Shown here: piece after piece, positions 9,837-20,462 of the stretch | How positions within the stretch are numbered: the stretch's first letter is position 1 | Layout: each line of letters starts with the position of its first letter | Origin: Candidatus Stercoripulliclostridium merdipullorum | GTDB lineage: Bacteria; Bacillota; Clostridia; Christensenellales; DTU072 | DNA: 64,000 bases | Assembly: GCA_018713745.1 (NCBI GenBank) | Contig: DVOH01000022.1 | Coordinates: 10,615 to 74,614, forward strand | Direction: 5' to 3' | Position numbers and translations under genes: made by a program | Notes under the pieces: generated by a model | The model's input: the letters and a program-made list of their open reading frames with translations, nothing else | The model's database searches: none | What the model was told of the DNA's origin: nothing

Positions 9837-10986
9837 CCGTTTCGATCCCTGCCATGGCTTCTTCGATCAGCGCTTCGACGTCAAGGCGGGATTCATAGCG
9901 GACAGCGTCTTCCAATTTAGGACGAATGACGGGGTTTTTGGGCAAAAATACCGTACAACAATCCTCATATGGGCGGATACTGATCTCATAAGTATCGATT
10001 TTTTCGGAAACGGCAATGATTTCGGATTTGTCGCTTCCGATCAGCGGACGGAATACGGGTATTGTTACGACCGAATTGGTTACGTTGATACTTTGCATCG
10101 TCTGACTGGCAACCTGCCCGAGGCTTTCTCCCGTAACGATGGCGCCGCAATGTTTGTCGATTGCAAGCCGCTCTGCAATCCGCATCATAAACCGACGCAT
10201 GATCGAGATCATAAATTCGGACGGGCAATGCTCATGAATCGCGTACTGAATTTTGGTGAACGGAACGATCGAAAGTTCGATTTCTCCGGCATAAGCGCTT
10301 AATTTTCGGGCAAGATCCTTGACTTTTTGCAGGGCAAGCTCACTGGTATACGGAAAGCTGTGATAATGTACGGCATACAGTTTGACCCCGCGCTTTGCCA
10401 TGACATATCCTGCGACGGGGCTGTCGATTCCGCCCGACAGCAACAACATCGCATTGCCCGAGCATCCGACCGGCAAGCCTTGCGCCCCTTCGATTTTTCG
10501 GTAAAAAAGATAGCTAAATCCGTTCTCGCGGACGTCGACGTTGAGTTCGAAGTCAAACGCGTACAAATCCACGGTACGGGCAGGCGATTTCTGTAAGAGA
10601 TATCCGCCGATTCTTGCGGCAAGTTCCATCGAATTCAGGTTAAGTTTTTTGTCGGCACGTTTGACCGTTACACGGAATTTTCCTTGACGGGGACTGATGG
10701 CATCGGCGGCTTCGGAAACGGCTTGAAGATCGGTTGCGACTTTTACCGAGGGGCTGATGCTGTGAATTCCGAACACTTTGGTCAGGCGACCGACGATTTC
10801 TTCGACGTCGTCAACGTCGAAATCTTCTACATAATATCTGCCTTGCGAGCGTACGAAGCGATAATCCAACCCCTTCAAAGCCCCTTTAATGTTGCGGATC
10901 AAAAGCGATTCGAAATAAGCACGGTTGTTGCCTTTGAGAAAAATTTCGCCGTATCGGATCAGAATTGAGTTGATTTTAACTTCCAT
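9787..10986 (-). CDS. thiI: tRNA 4-thiouridine(8) synthase ThiI (no rhodanese domain)
   Basis: MEVKINSILIRYGEIFLKG (ferredoxin-like/THUMP N-terminus) and PP-loop SGGIDSPVA. ATG at 10986; the longer track ORF to 11154 overlaps the upstream gene. Confidence 0.9.
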   Translation of the reverse strand: MEVKINSILIRYGEIFLKGNNRAYFESLLIRNIKGALKGLDYRFVRSQGRYYVEDFDVDDVEEIVGRLTKVFGIHSISPSVKVATDLQAVSEAADAISPRQGKFRVTVKRADKKLNLNSMELAARIGGYLLQKSPARTVDLYAFDFELNVDVRENGFSYLFYRKIEGAQGLPVGCSGNAMLLLSGGIDSPVAGYVMAKRGVKLYAVHYHSFPYTSELALQKVKDLARKLSAYAGEIELSIVPFTKIQYAIHEHCPSEFMISIMRRFMMRIAERLAIDKHCGAIVTGESLGQVASQTMQSINVTNSVVTIPVFRPLIGSDKSEIIAVSEKIDTYEISIRPYEDCCTVFLPKNPVIRPKLEDAVRYESRLDVEALIEEAMAGIETVTLSVGGSEDSATASR

Positions 10987-12109
10987 AACGTGACAGTTCT
11001 CCGTAAATTTGTTTGAATTCGACAAGAAAGCGATCGATTTCCGCTTCCGTCGTATTGCGGCAAAACGAAATGCGCACGACCCCGTCCGCCCATTTTCCGC
11101 TAAGTCCCAACGCATCCGGGATGCGTTTGCCGGCTTTGTTGGAGGAACAGGCACTCCCCGTCCCGATCAGGATACCTTTGCGTTCGAGCGCGTGTTGCAT
11201 AACTTCCCCGCGCACCTTCGCCATGGTAAACGTCACAATGTACGGAGAACCGTTTTCGGGAGATATCAGACGGATTTCGTCGTTTTCCTCCGTCAGCCCT
11301 TCAATCACTTTTTGGCGAAGAAAAGAGAGGTTTTGAGCCGTTTCCCCCTGTTTTTCGATTGTTTCTGTAATCGCCGCACCGAATGCGAGAATGCCCGGAA
11401 CGTTTTCGGTCGACGAACGCAGTCCGCCTTCCTGTCCGCCTCCGTACACGACGGGCGACAAGCGAATCCCTTTGCGGATATACAGTGCGCCGACGCCCTT
11501 CGGGGCGTGAATTTTATGGGCGCTGATCGCATACAGATCGACACCGTCCCGCTGAAGATTGAGTTTGAGCTTTCCGAACGCCTGCACGCCGTCCGAATGA
11601 AACAAAGCACGGGGATTTTTGGCTTTCAGCGCGGCGGAAAACTTGCCGAGATCGTTGACCGCGCCCGTTTCGTTGTTGACGTGCATCACCGAAGCCAAGG
11701 CGGTTTTTTCGGTAATCATTTGGCAAAACGCTTCAAAATCGGTACTTCCGTCCCCTTTGACGGGACAAAACCGCACATCGTATCCGCGCTGCTTCAGCTC
11801 GGTTGCCGCAGCATATACCGCGGCATGCTCGCCTGCCGATACGACGATATCGCCCTGCTTCGGCTTTTTGCAACCGAACAATGCAAGATTGTCGCTCTCG
11901 GTACCGCCTCCCGTAAAAACGACCGAACCTTCCGCGCGCAACGCGCCGAGTATCATGGAACGAACGCCGTTCAGTTGTTCTTTCAGCATCAGTCCTTCGT
12001 GATATAAGGCGGAAGGATTGTAATAGTTTTCGCGCATTGCCCCCACCGCCGCCTCAATCGCGCCGGCAGAACATTGCGTCGTTGCCGCAGAATCCAAATA
12101 AATCGTCAT
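10976..12109 (-). CDS. cysteine desulfurase (NifS/NifZ/IscS family), paired with thiI
   Basis: PLP-lysine context SAHKIHAPKGVGALY and catalytic loop GSACSS. Sits immediately upstream of thiI, like the Bacillus nifZ-thiI pair. Confidence 0.9.
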   Translation of the reverse strand: MTIYLDSAATTQCSAGAIEAAVGAMRENYYNPSALYHEGLMLKEQLNGVRSMILGALRAEGSVVFTGGGTESDNLALFGCKKPKQGDIVVSAGEHAAVYAAATELKQRGYDVRFCPVKGDGSTDFEAFCQMITEKTALASVMHVNNETGAVNDLGKFSAALKAKNPRALFHSDGVQAFGKLKLNLQRDGVDLYAISAHKIHAPKGVGALYIRKGIRLSPVVYGGGQEGGLRSSTENVPGILAFGAAITETIEKQGETAQNLSFLRQKVIEGLTEENDEIRLISPENGSPYIVTFTMAKVRGEVMQHALERKGILIGTGSACSSNKAGKRIPDALGLSGKWADGVVRISFCRNTTEAEIDRFLVEFKQIYGELSRYGS

Positions 12110-14463
12110 TATTTCAGTTTGGCGATGGTGACACCGCGCTCTCCTTCTCCGTAAATCCCGTCCCGATATTCTTTGACCGCATAGTGGCGCTTGAGGAAAT
12201 TGCGAACCGCCTCTCTCAGTTTGCCCGTTCCATAGCCGTGTATGATGCGGATTTCGCTGACGCCAGCAAGAACCGCCTTGTCCAGATAAGCCTGCAATGC
12301 CGTATCGGCTTCGGCAACCGTTTGTCCGATCAAATTGATTTCGGGCGAAAACGCTTCGTTTCGCAATGCTCTCGGTTTGGATTTGATTTCGGGAACTTCA
12401 TCCTCTTGCTTTTGTTTGCGTAATTTCTGCAAAACGTCAAGTTTGAAGTTGCTGTTCATCCTGCCGAGCTTGACCGTCGCGCTCCCTTTGCGGGTGTCGA
12501 TGGCGATGACGGTTCCTTCCACTTTCAGACTCTTGACAAGAACGGAATCGCCGACCTCGATCGCGCCTTTTTCTTCCTCGCCGAACCCTTGAAATTCGTT
12601 GTCTTCGTTGACAACGTATTTCGTCAAAGACTTGCGCAGTCTGCGCGCTTCAAACAGATTCTGCTCGGTCGGATCGTCCAAGAGCGATCTCAGCGTTTCG
12701 ATGATTTCGTTGGCTTCGCTCATCGCTTCCGATACCAGACGTTTGGTTTCGCGCTTGACGTTCTCGTTCAGTTTTTCGCGCTGCAAAAACAATCTGTCCC
12801 GTTCTTTTTTTACGTTTTGCGAGGTTTCTTCCGCTTCTTTCAGCAGTTCCGCCGTACGCTCCTCGTTGGCGACGGCGTTGCGCCGCGCCAGTTCCAACGC
12901 ACCCAAAACGTTTTCAAATTCCAGTTTGCCTTCCCGGATCCCTTCGGCGGCTCGGTTGACGATCTCTTCTTTCAACCCCAGCTTTCTTGCAATCAGAATG
13001 GCATTGGATGCCCCCGGCGTCCCGATCACCAGACGGTACGTCGGACTGTAGGTCACGGGATCGAAGTCCATACTGGCGTTTTCGGCGCGCGGCGTGACGA
13101 CGGCATACTCTTTCAATTCGTTATAATGCGTCGTAATAACGGCTTTTGCGCCCGAACTGCGGATAAAGTCCGAAATACTGACGGCAAGACTTGCCCCTTC
13201 GGTCGGATCGGTTCCGGCACCCAGTTCGTCCAGCAAAACCAAAGTTTTCCCGTTCAGCGCATCGATAATCGTAACGATGTTGGCAATATGGGAAGAAAAC
13301 GTCGACAGATTCTGCTCGATACTTTGTTCGTCGCCGATATCGGTGAAAATCTGTTCGAATGTCGACAACTCTGCGTCCGCCGCGGGAACATACATCCCGC
13401 ACATCGCCATCACCGAAAACAATCCCACCAGCTTCAGCGAAACCGTCTTTCCCCCGGTGTTGGGTCCCGTAATGAACAATAAGTCAAACGTCCTGCCCAG
13501 TTCGACGTCGACCGCGACAACTTTTTCGGGCGCAATCAACGGATGGCGTCCTTTGGCGATGCGGATTTCTCCCCGCTCGTTGACCACGGGTTTGACCGCT
13601 TTCAGGTGGTGGGCGTATTGCGCTTTGGCAAAAATAACGTCAAGGCGACGGATTTTTTCGAAGCTGTCCGAAATCGGAGCGACCGCAACACTGACCCGAA
13701 CGGTAAATTCGCGCAAAATCCGCTCGATTTCCCGTTCTTCGTCCAACAAATGGGTCTTCAGCGTGTTATTCAGCTCGACCACTGCCATCGGCTCGATGTA
13801 AACCGTTTGCCCCGATGCGCTCTGATCGTGAATCAGTCCCGGAATCGCGCTCCGATACTCCGCTTTGACCGGAATCACATATCGGTCGCCGCGGATCGTC
13901 ACGATATTGTCCTGCAAAAACTTTGCGTAAGAAGGCGAGGTGATGTATTGATACAGTTTGGATTTGATCGCCTCTCCCGTCCGCTTGATTCTGCCGCGGA
14001 TGGCACGCAGTTCGACCGAGGCGTTGTCGCTCATTTCGGTATCGGACAGAATCGCGCGGTCAATGTCGTCTTCCAGCGCTTTATCGGTATAAATCCCGCC
14101 CGAGATTTCTTTCAGCAAAACAATCGAAGGATCGGGTACCTTGGCAAGATTGACCTTCAGATTCCGTCCTACCCGCAACATGCGCCCGACTTTGAGCAGT
14201 TCTCCCATCGTCAGAACGGACATGACGTCTGCCTTTTCGAGAATCGCGCCGATGTGGTCGAACGCAAACGAAAGATTGACGCTGTATTGATACAAAACTT
14301 TGTCCGCTTCTTCCACTTCGTCCAACAATCGCCTGACTTCCTTGAGATCGGAAGTCGGCTGCAACGACGCAATCGCCTCCCTTGCGGGAAGCGACGACGC
14401 AAACGTTGCAAGCGTGTCGCAAATTTTGTTAAACTCCAGGGAGCGGAACGTCTTTTCGTTCAT
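12109..14463 (-). CDS. mutS2: endonuclease MutS2
   Basis: Walker A GPNTGGKTVSLK, DELGAGTDP, central coiled-coil, C-terminal Smr domain (LIGQTVAEA...IIHGYGTGKLR). Confidence 0.94.
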   Translation of the reverse strand: MNEKTFRSLEFNKICDTLATFASSLPAREAIASLQPTSDLKEVRRLLDEVEEADKVLYQYSVNLSFAFDHIGAILEKADVMSVLTMGELLKVGRMLRVGRNLKVNLAKVPDPSIVLLKEISGGIYTDKALEDDIDRAILSDTEMSDNASVELRAIRGRIKRTGEAIKSKLYQYITSPSYAKFLQDNIVTIRGDRYVIPVKAEYRSAIPGLIHDQSASGQTVYIEPMAVVELNNTLKTHLLDEEREIERILREFTVRVSVAVAPISDSFEKIRRLDVIFAKAQYAHHLKAVKPVVNERGEIRIAKGRHPLIAPEKVVAVDVELGRTFDLLFITGPNTGGKTVSLKLVGLFSVMAMCGMYVPAADAELSTFEQIFTDIGDEQSIEQNLSTFSSHIANIVTIIDALNGKTLVLLDELGAGTDPTEGASLAVSISDFIRSSGAKAVITTHYNELKEYAVVTPRAENASMDFDPVTYSPTYRLVIGTPGASNAILIARKLGLKEEIVNRAAEGIREGKLEFENVLGALELARRNAVANEERTAELLKEAEETSQNVKKERDRLFLQREKLNENVKRETKRLVSEAMSEANEIIETLRSLLDDPTEQNLFEARRLRKSLTKYVVNEDNEFQGFGEEEKGAIEVGDSVLVKSLKVEGTVIAIDTRKGSATVKLGRMNSNFKLDVLQKLRKQKQEDEVPEIKSKPRALRNEAFSPEINLIGQTVAEADTALQAYLDKAVLAGVSEIRIIHGYGTGKLREAVRNFLKRHYAVKEYRDGIYGEGERGVTIAKLK

Positions 14464-16856
14464 CAGCGAAGGGTAACGTTGAGTTTGAGTCCGAGTTCGA
14501 CAAGGACCTTGTCGACCACAGCATTGACTTCGGCGTCTTTCAAGGTGTGATCCGCGCTTTGAAGCGTCAACTTGACGGCAACGCTCTTATATCCTTTTTC
14601 GATCTGATCGCCGCAATAAACGTCAAAAATGGACGATTCCGTCAGCAGCTCGCCGCCGGCGGCGCGGATAACGGAAAGAATTCGGTCTGCGGCAACATCG
14701 GTCTTTGCAATCAAAGCAAGGTCACGGTCAACCGACTGATAGCGGGATATGACGCGGAAAGAATCGAAATCGCAAGCCCGTTCGATCAGCAAATCGAGAT
14801 TCAGTTCGGCAACATAGACTTTTTTGTCCATTCCGTAACGGTCGGCGACGTCGCTGTCCACTTCGCCGAGATAGCCCAAGACGACGCCGTAATTGCGCTC
14901 GTAAATTTCTGCCGATCTGCCGGGATGGAGAAAATCCACTTTGACCGGGCGGAATCCCGCGTCGATCCGCAGAACGTCCAGCAACTCTTCCGCCACTCCT
15001 TTGAACGCATAAAAGTCGGTTGCGTATGCGCCGAGGCACAGTTTGTAGGGTTCGTCGGGAAGTTCGGTCAGCGGCAAGGCTTTGGGCGCATAGGTTTTGG
15101 CAACCTCGAACAACGCCGCACTCTTGTTGCTACGTAGCATGTTGACCGAAAGCGTCTTCAGCATACTGTGGATCAGTGTCGTCCGCATGACGCTGAAATC
15201 TTCGCCCAGCGGATTGTCAAGGCGCACCGCCGTCCGTAACGGATGCTCCGCGGCAAGTCCCAAAAGATCGAATGCTTTGGGCGAAATAAACGAATACGTC
15301 ACGGTCTCGCAAAAGCCTTTGCCGACCAAGAGATTTTTGACCTTGTCGGTTACGCGTTGGGTTTTGCTGCGCTCTCCGACCACCATTTTGCCGTAGCGCA
15401 TCAAAGTGGACTCGATACGGTCGTATCCGTAAATTCGGATGACCTCTTCCGCGATATCGTTGACGCCGACAATATCTTCGCGATTGCCGGGGACGATCGA
15501 CTCGAAGGCTCCGTCTTTCAGCGTTGTCGCGATCTGCAAGGCGTTGAGAATTTTGAGGATTTCCCCTTCCGGCACACGCACGCCGAGAATGCGTTCGAGA
15601 TCGTCTGCCGTAAATCCGATGATGTTGGGCTTAGGCGGATTGGGGAAGCTGTCCAGCTCGCCTCCGACGATTTTGCCCCAGCCGTTTTGCGCAATCAAAG
15701 TGAGGGCGCGGTCGATCCCCGTGCGTTGAGACTGATAATCGATCCCCTTCTCGTACCGCGCCGAAGAATCGGAGCGGAGATTGAGCGCGCGCGAAGTGCG
15801 ACGGATATTGTTGCGCTGGAAGCGCGCCGACTCGAATACAATGGTATCGGTCGTATCGAAAATCGAATAATTCTGTCCGCCCATTACCCCTGCGACAGCC
15901 ATCGGTTCTTCGGCATTGCAAATCGCAAGCTGGTTGGGCTGAAGCAGATATTGCTTCCCGTCCAGGGCGACGATGGGTTCGTTTTCGGCGGCGCGGCGCA
16001 CAACGATCTTGCCGCCTTTGATCGTACTGAGATCGAAGGCGTGCATGGGCTGACCGATTTCGGTCAGAACATAATTGGTAACGTCCACGATATTGTTGAT
16101 GGGTCTTAAACCGACGGCGCGCAGACGGTTTTTCATCCAAGCGGGACTCTCGGTGATAACCACGTCTTTGACCATTGCCGCAAGATAACGCGGGCAGAGA
16201 TCGGGCGCGAGATTTTCGAGTTTAAGAGAATCCGCAATATTGCCGCCCGACGTCTGATACCCGACGTCAACGCCTTTGAACGGCTTTCCTGTGACGGCGG
16301 CGACTTCGCAGGCGATCCCGACAATACTGTTGGCGTCGGTACGGTTTGCCGTAATCGCGACGTCCAGCACAATGTCGTCGTTGCCCAGTTCGATATTGAT
16401 ATCCTTGCCGACCTCGGCGTCTTCACGCAGAATCAGAATGCCGTATACCGAAGCGCCGCGATAATCGGCTTCGGTCAGCCCCAGCTCTTCGCCGCTGCAA
16501 AGCATCCCGTACGAAGTTACGCCGCGCAACGCGCCCGTGCGGATGGTCTTTCCGCTCGGCAGAACGGCTCCGTCCAATGCGACGGGAACTTTGTCGCCCA
16601 CCTTGACGTTGGTCGCGCCGGTGACAATGGCAACGGGTTGATCTTTGCCGACGTCGATGGAACAGATCTGCAATTTGTCGGCGTCGGGATGCTTCTCGAG
16701 CGAAAGGATCTGACCTACGACAACGCCTTGAATTTTAGAAGAAAGATCGATAATTTCTTCGATTTCGAACCCGCACGCAACCAGTTTGTCGGCAAGTTCG
16801 GTCACTGTGAGATCGAAGTCTACATATTCTTTCAGCCATTTTACGGGAACTAACAT
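14463..16856 (-). CDS. pheT: phenylalanine--tRNA ligase beta subunit
   Basis: N-terminal tRNA-binding OB (VVGQILSLEKHPDADKLQICSIDVG), B3/4 and B5 regions, ferredoxin-fold C-terminus; follows pheS. Confidence 0.95.
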   Translation of the reverse strand: MLVPVKWLKEYVDFDLTVTELADKLVACGFEIEEIIDLSSKIQGVVVGQILSLEKHPDADKLQICSIDVGKDQPVAIVTGATNVKVGDKVPVALDGAVLPSGKTIRTGALRGVTSYGMLCSGEELGLTEADYRGASVYGILILREDAEVGKDINIELGNDDIVLDVAITANRTDANSIVGIACEVAAVTGKPFKGVDVGYQTSGGNIADSLKLENLAPDLCPRYLAAMVKDVVITESPAWMKNRLRAVGLRPINNIVDVTNYVLTEIGQPMHAFDLSTIKGGKIVVRRAAENEPIVALDGKQYLLQPNQLAICNAEEPMAVAGVMGGQNYSIFDTTDTIVFESARFQRNNIRRTSRALNLRSDSSARYEKGIDYQSQRTGIDRALTLIAQNGWGKIVGGELDSFPNPPKPNIIGFTADDLERILGVRVPEGEILKILNALQIATTLKDGAFESIVPGNREDIVGVNDIAEEVIRIYGYDRIESTLMRYGKMVVGERSKTQRVTDKVKNLLVGKGFCETVTYSFISPKAFDLLGLAAEHPLRTAVRLDNPLGEDFSVMRTTLIHSMLKTLSVNMLRSNKSAALFEVAKTYAPKALPLTELPDEPYKLCLGAYATDFYAFKGVAEELLDVLRIDAGFRPVKVDFLHPGRSAEIYERNYGVVLGYLGEVDSDVADRYGMDKKVYVAELNLDLLIERACDFDSFRVISRYQSVDRDLALIAKTDVAADRILSVIRAAGGELLTESSIFDVYCGDQIEKGYKSVAVKLTLQSADHTLKDAEVNAVVDKVLVELGLKLNVTLR

Positions 16857-16868
16857 CGTCTTTTCTCC

Positions 16869-17891
16869 TTATCTGAATTGTCTGAGATAGCGCACGTCGT
16901 TGTCAAACAACAGACGCATGTCGGGAATCCCGTACTTGACCATCGTCGCACGTTCTACCCCCATACCGAAGGCAAACCCCGAATATTTTTTGCTGTCGAT
17001 TCCGCTCATTTCGAGTACGGCGGGATTGACGATGCCCGCGCCGAGCAACTCGAGCCAGCCCGTCCCCTTGCAAAGACGACACCCTTCGCCGTGGCACATG
17101 GGGCAACTGAGATCGACTTCGACGCTCGGTTCGGTAAAGGGAAAATGGGAAGGACGAAGGCGTGTTTTGGTGTCGGAAGAGAAAAACCGTTTTGCAAATT
17201 CGTCCAGCGTTCCTTTGAGATCGGCAAGCGTGATATGCTCGTCGATGACAAGCCCTTCGATCTGCTGAAACATCGGGCTGTGCGTGGCGTCGTCGTCGGG
17301 ACGGTAAACTTTGCCGGGGCTGATGACGCGAATCGGAGGCTTAAGCGTTTCCATCGTGTGAACCTGTGCCGCGGAAGTCTGGGTGCGGAGCAGAATTTTG
17401 TCGGTAATATAAAACGTATCGATGACGTCTCGTGCCGGATGGTCTTCGGGAATGTTGAGCGCCTCGAAGTTGTAATAAGCATATTCGACTTCGGGTCCGT
17501 CGACCACGCTGTAGCCCATCCCGAGGAAAATATCGACGATCTCGTTTTTGACCAAAGTCAGGGGATGCAAAGCGCCCTGCTTTCCGTCGTAACGCGACAG
17601 CGTGACGTCTAACGTTTCGCGCTCCACGCGCGCCGCCTTCTCTGCAAGCCGCAAAGAAGTTTCGGCATCGGCAAACGCGCCTTCCAACATAACGCGCACT
17701 TCGTTGAGCAACTTGCCTGCGGCGGGCTTTTCGGCGGGCGGAACGTCTTTTAAGGATTTGAGTAATGCGGTAAATTCTCCGTTTTTGCCGAGAAATCTGA
17801 CTTTGACGTCATTGAGCTGTCTGGAGTCGATGGCGGCGGAAACCGCCTCCAGACAACGGGCTTTGACGGAATCGATCCTTTGATTCAGCAT
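16869..17891 (-). CDS. pheS: phenylalanine--tRNA ligase alpha subunit
   Basis: Class II motifs FPFTEPSVEVD, GAGIVNPAVL, GFAFGMGVERATM. Confidence 0.95.
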   Translation of the reverse strand: MLNQRIDSVKARCLEAVSAAIDSRQLNDVKVRFLGKNGEFTALLKSLKDVPPAEKPAAGKLLNEVRVMLEGAFADAETSLRLAEKAARVERETLDVTLSRYDGKQGALHPLTLVKNEIVDIFLGMGYSVVDGPEVEYAYYNFEALNIPEDHPARDVIDTFYITDKILLRTQTSAAQVHTMETLKPPIRVISPGKVYRPDDDATHSPMFQQIEGLVIDEHITLADLKGTLDEFAKRFFSSDTKTRLRPSHFPFTEPSVEVDLSCPMCHGEGCRLCKGTGWLELLGAGIVNPAVLEMSGIDSKKYSGFAFGMGVERATMVKYGIPDMRLLFDNDVRYLRQFR

Positions 17892-17926
17892 AAAAAACTC
17901 CGTGATAAATAAGAATGGTTTGGCTT

Positions 17927-17955
17927 ATTATATCACTTCGGAACAAGATATGCAA
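17927..17955 (-). promoter_or_regulatory. sigma-A-type promoter of pheST
   Basis: TTGCAT (17950-17955), 17 nt, TGaTATAAT (-10 at 17927-17932); ~30-nt leader with a GGAG SD. Confidence 0.65.
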
Positions 17956-17994
17956 CCGATCCGTCTATGTTAAAACATATATAGAAGTATAAAC

Positions 17995-18693
17995 TTAAGG
18001 CAAGAGATCGAAAATATTGTCCTCGCTGATACCGGTGATGTAGCTGTCGGGAACTTTGCCGACGATGACGTCCTCCGAAATCAGAAGATCGGTCGTAAGG
18101 CGCACGGTTTCGGTTTTGAACGGAATCATAATTTCCGATGTCGTTTCGATGCGCATCACAATGCGATGAAGGGTCTGATTGATCCCTTCGCTGAAAAAAT
18201 AAGAATGAAGTCCGATCTGAACGGTTCCGACGGGCAAAACCGTCATCGTGATTTCGGGACCGAATTCGGACAAAAACGCACTGCCCGAAAAAGCACCGAG
18301 GGGAACTCTGATTTCCCAATTTTCAACGGCATCCAGGGTGTCCTGAATTTCCTTTTGGGCAAACAGCATCATGGCGTTGATATTGGCGTGATTGGAGGTA
18401 ATCAGCACGATATCCCCCGCTTCGTTTTTGTGGTACTCGTAAAATTCGCCGTAAAATCCTTCAAACGAACGAATATTGACCCCTGCGCGATTGATCGCCT
18501 GCAACGTTACGGCGCGCGTCTGTTCGGTTGAAATCGCACGGATGGTCGGAAATACGACCGCGGCATAAAACGCGATTGCGCCCGCAACGATTGCAAGCAA
18601 AAGGAACAACGCTATTCGTTTTCTGCGGTTTTCCCGTTTGAAAATACGCACGACTCCGGCAAACATACCATAATATATGCCGACCCCGTACAA
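17995..18693 (-). CDS. yunB: sporulation protein YunB
   Basis: N-terminal TM. The C-terminal half aligns by eye with B. subtilis YunB (VPLGAFSGSAFLSEFGPEI..., ...IMIPFKTETVRLTTDLLISEDVIVGKVPDSY). The start is uncertain: TTG 18693 or ATG 18666. Confidence 0.8.
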   Translation of the reverse strand: MYGVGIYYGMFAGVVRIFKRENRRKRIALFLLLAIVAGAIAFYAAVVFPTIRAISTEQTRAVTLQAINRAGVNIRSFEGFYGEFYEYHKNEAGDIVLITSNHANINAMMLFAQKEIQDTLDAVENWEIRVPLGAFSGSAFLSEFGPEITMTVLPVGTVQIGLHSYFFSEGINQTLHRIVMRIETTSEIMIPFKTETVRLTTDLLISEDVIVGKVPDSYITGISEDNIFDLLP

Positions 18694-18729
18694 AACGTGA
18701 GAAACTTTGCAATCGAACCGTCGGTTGTT

Positions 18730-19581
18730 CTATACGGAATAAGAAAAATAGCGGCGCTTCATTTCGGCAGCGTCTTCCGCTTGGGTTCCGTCCGACTCGC
18801 TGATGATGACGGGCTCCAATCCGAACAAGTGCAACGACTCGTTGAAATCGTCAAACTCAGGGCCGTAAACGGTGTCGGAAAAGGTCAGATGACGGATCTC
18901 TCCCTTCGCTCCGTATTCGATTTTGCTGAAATGCACATGCATATTGAAAACCTTGTGTTTTGGAAGAAAATCCAGCATTTTTTGGATTATAGTATTATAA
19001 TTTACGGCACTTTTTAGAATACCCTGCTCTCTTGCGTTGATGTGTCCGAAGTCCATACACGGATAAAACATGGCGTCAATCGCACACAGCTCGACTATTT
19101 CGTCCACGGTTCCGATCTGCCCTGTCTTGCCCATCGTTTCAAGACATATCTTGTATCGATCCAGTCCGTTCAAGCGGAGAGACTCCGCAAGCAATCCGAC
19201 ATTTTGCTTAGTCAAGGCAAAGGCTTCTTCCCTCGACATCTTCCCTTGGCTTGCAGGATGAACGACGACACGGTCGCCGCCAAAGGCGTCAAGACGCTTG
19301 ATGGTCGAAATAACGTACTGAATGCTTTTTTCGATTTTTTCGGGATCGGGATTGGCAAAGTTAATAAAGTACGGAGCATGCGCCGTCAGCTCGATGCCGC
19401 ACCGCGCAAATTCTTTTCCGATTGCCCCTGCCGTATCGATCGACAGATTGACACCTTTCCCGAAGGAATATTCAAACACGTCCAAACCTCTGTTGCGACA
19501 CCACTCCGCCGCTTGCACCGTTGCGGTATATCCTTCGTCGTAAAAACTTTTTGAATTTCCTGCTACTCCGAATTTGATCAC
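18730..19581 (-). CDS. endonuclease IV-like TIM-barrel protein (AP endonuclease family 2)
   Basis: Nfo-like motifs HAPYFINF, VVHPAS, LETMGKTGQIG, CMDFGHINA, HVHF. GTG start at 19579-19581 overlaps the ribF stop (GTGA), with GGAGGAAAGG upstream; the track ORF extends to 19692. Confidence 0.75.
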   Translation of the reverse strand: MIKFGVAGNSKSFYDEGYTATVQAAEWCRNRGLDVFEYSFGKGVNLSIDTAGAIGKEFARCGIELTAHAPYFINFANPDPEKIEKSIQYVISTIKRLDAFGGDRVVVHPASQGKMSREEAFALTKQNVGLLAESLRLNGLDRYKICLETMGKTGQIGTVDEIVELCAIDAMFYPCMDFGHINAREQGILKSAVNYNTIIQKMLDFLPKHKVFNMHVHFSKIEYGAKGEIRHLTFSDTVYGPEFDDFNESLHLFGLEPVIISESDGTQAEDAAEMKRRYFSYSV

Positions 19582-20462
19582 GATTCCTTTCCTCCGCGGA
19601 TCAAGGCAATATCCTGTCCGATCTGCTCTTTTAGTGCTTCCTTTGACTCGAATTTTCGGATATCCCGGATTTTTTGCACGAATGTCAGGCAAATTTCCTG
19701 TCCGTACAAGTCGCCCTCGAAATCAAGGAGTAAGGTTTCGACCGCAAGTTGCTCTACTCCGAATGTCGGTTGCGCTCCGATATTGGTCAGTCCGCGATAG
19801 CGCGCGTCCCCGACCGCGACCTTCGTTTCGTAAACTCCTGAAGCGGGCAGCAATTTGTTTGCTTCGACGCCGATGTTTGCCGTCGGAACACCGTATCCCT
19901 TTCCGACGCCGCGCCCGTGAATGACATGCCCCCAAACACGGTACGGAGCGCCCAGAAGTTGATTGGCGCGCGGAAGATCCCCCGCAGCAATCAGGCGACG
20001 AATATCACGACTGGATATTTTAATACCGTTTTCGGCGATTAAATCGACAATCTCAACCGAATATCCGTTCTTTTTTCCCCATCTGCACAGATCTTCGACA
20101 CTTTGCTCCGCCCCTTTTCCGTAGCGAAAATCTGCCCCCGCAACAAAGCCCGAAACTTTACGGTCGGATACGATCGAGGCGAGAAAGTCCTCCCCGCTTT
20201 GCCCGAAAAACGACGCGTCGCTTTGCCCCACCAGCACTTCGTCGATCCCGATTTCCTTGAGCAGGCGCACCCGCTCTTTTAAGGTATAAATATTTTTCGC
20301 CCCCGGGTGTATTGCATACAAAAATCCGTCGTCAAACGTAAAAACGGTGGGAATTGCCCCGTTTTCTGCGGCAATCCGCTGACACGTTTCGATCAGTTTG
20401 CGATGTCCACGATGCAAACAATCGAAATATCCGAGTGCGACGATTGTTTTTTTCTGCGTCAT
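19578..20462 (-). CDS. ribF: bifunctional riboflavin kinase / FMN adenylyltransferase
   Basis: GYFDCLHRGH (nucleotidyltransferase) and GRGVGKGYGVPTANI (riboflavin kinase). Confidence 0.94.
   Translation of the reverse strand: MTQKKTIVALGYFDCLHRGHRKLIETCQRIAAENGAIPTVFTFDDGFLYAIHPGAKNIYTLKERVRLLKEIGIDEVLVGQSDASFFGQSGEDFLASIVSDRKVSGFVAGADFRYGKGAEQSVEDLCRWGKKNGYSVEIVDLIAENGIKISSRDIRRLIAAGDLPRANQLLGAPYRVWGHVIHGRGVGKGYGVPTANIGVEANKLLPASGVYETKVAVGDARYRGLTNIGAQPTFGVEQLAVETLLLDFEGDLYGQEICLTFVQKIRDIRKFESKEALKEQIGQDIALIRGGKES

Noticed and set aside
17892-17994. I looked for a T-box leader upstream of pheST, which is common in Firmicutes.
   Set aside because: The predicted leader is only about 30 nt from the TTGCAT-17-TATAAT promoter to the ATG. 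There is no specifier-loop, T-box sequence or terminator/antiterminator.
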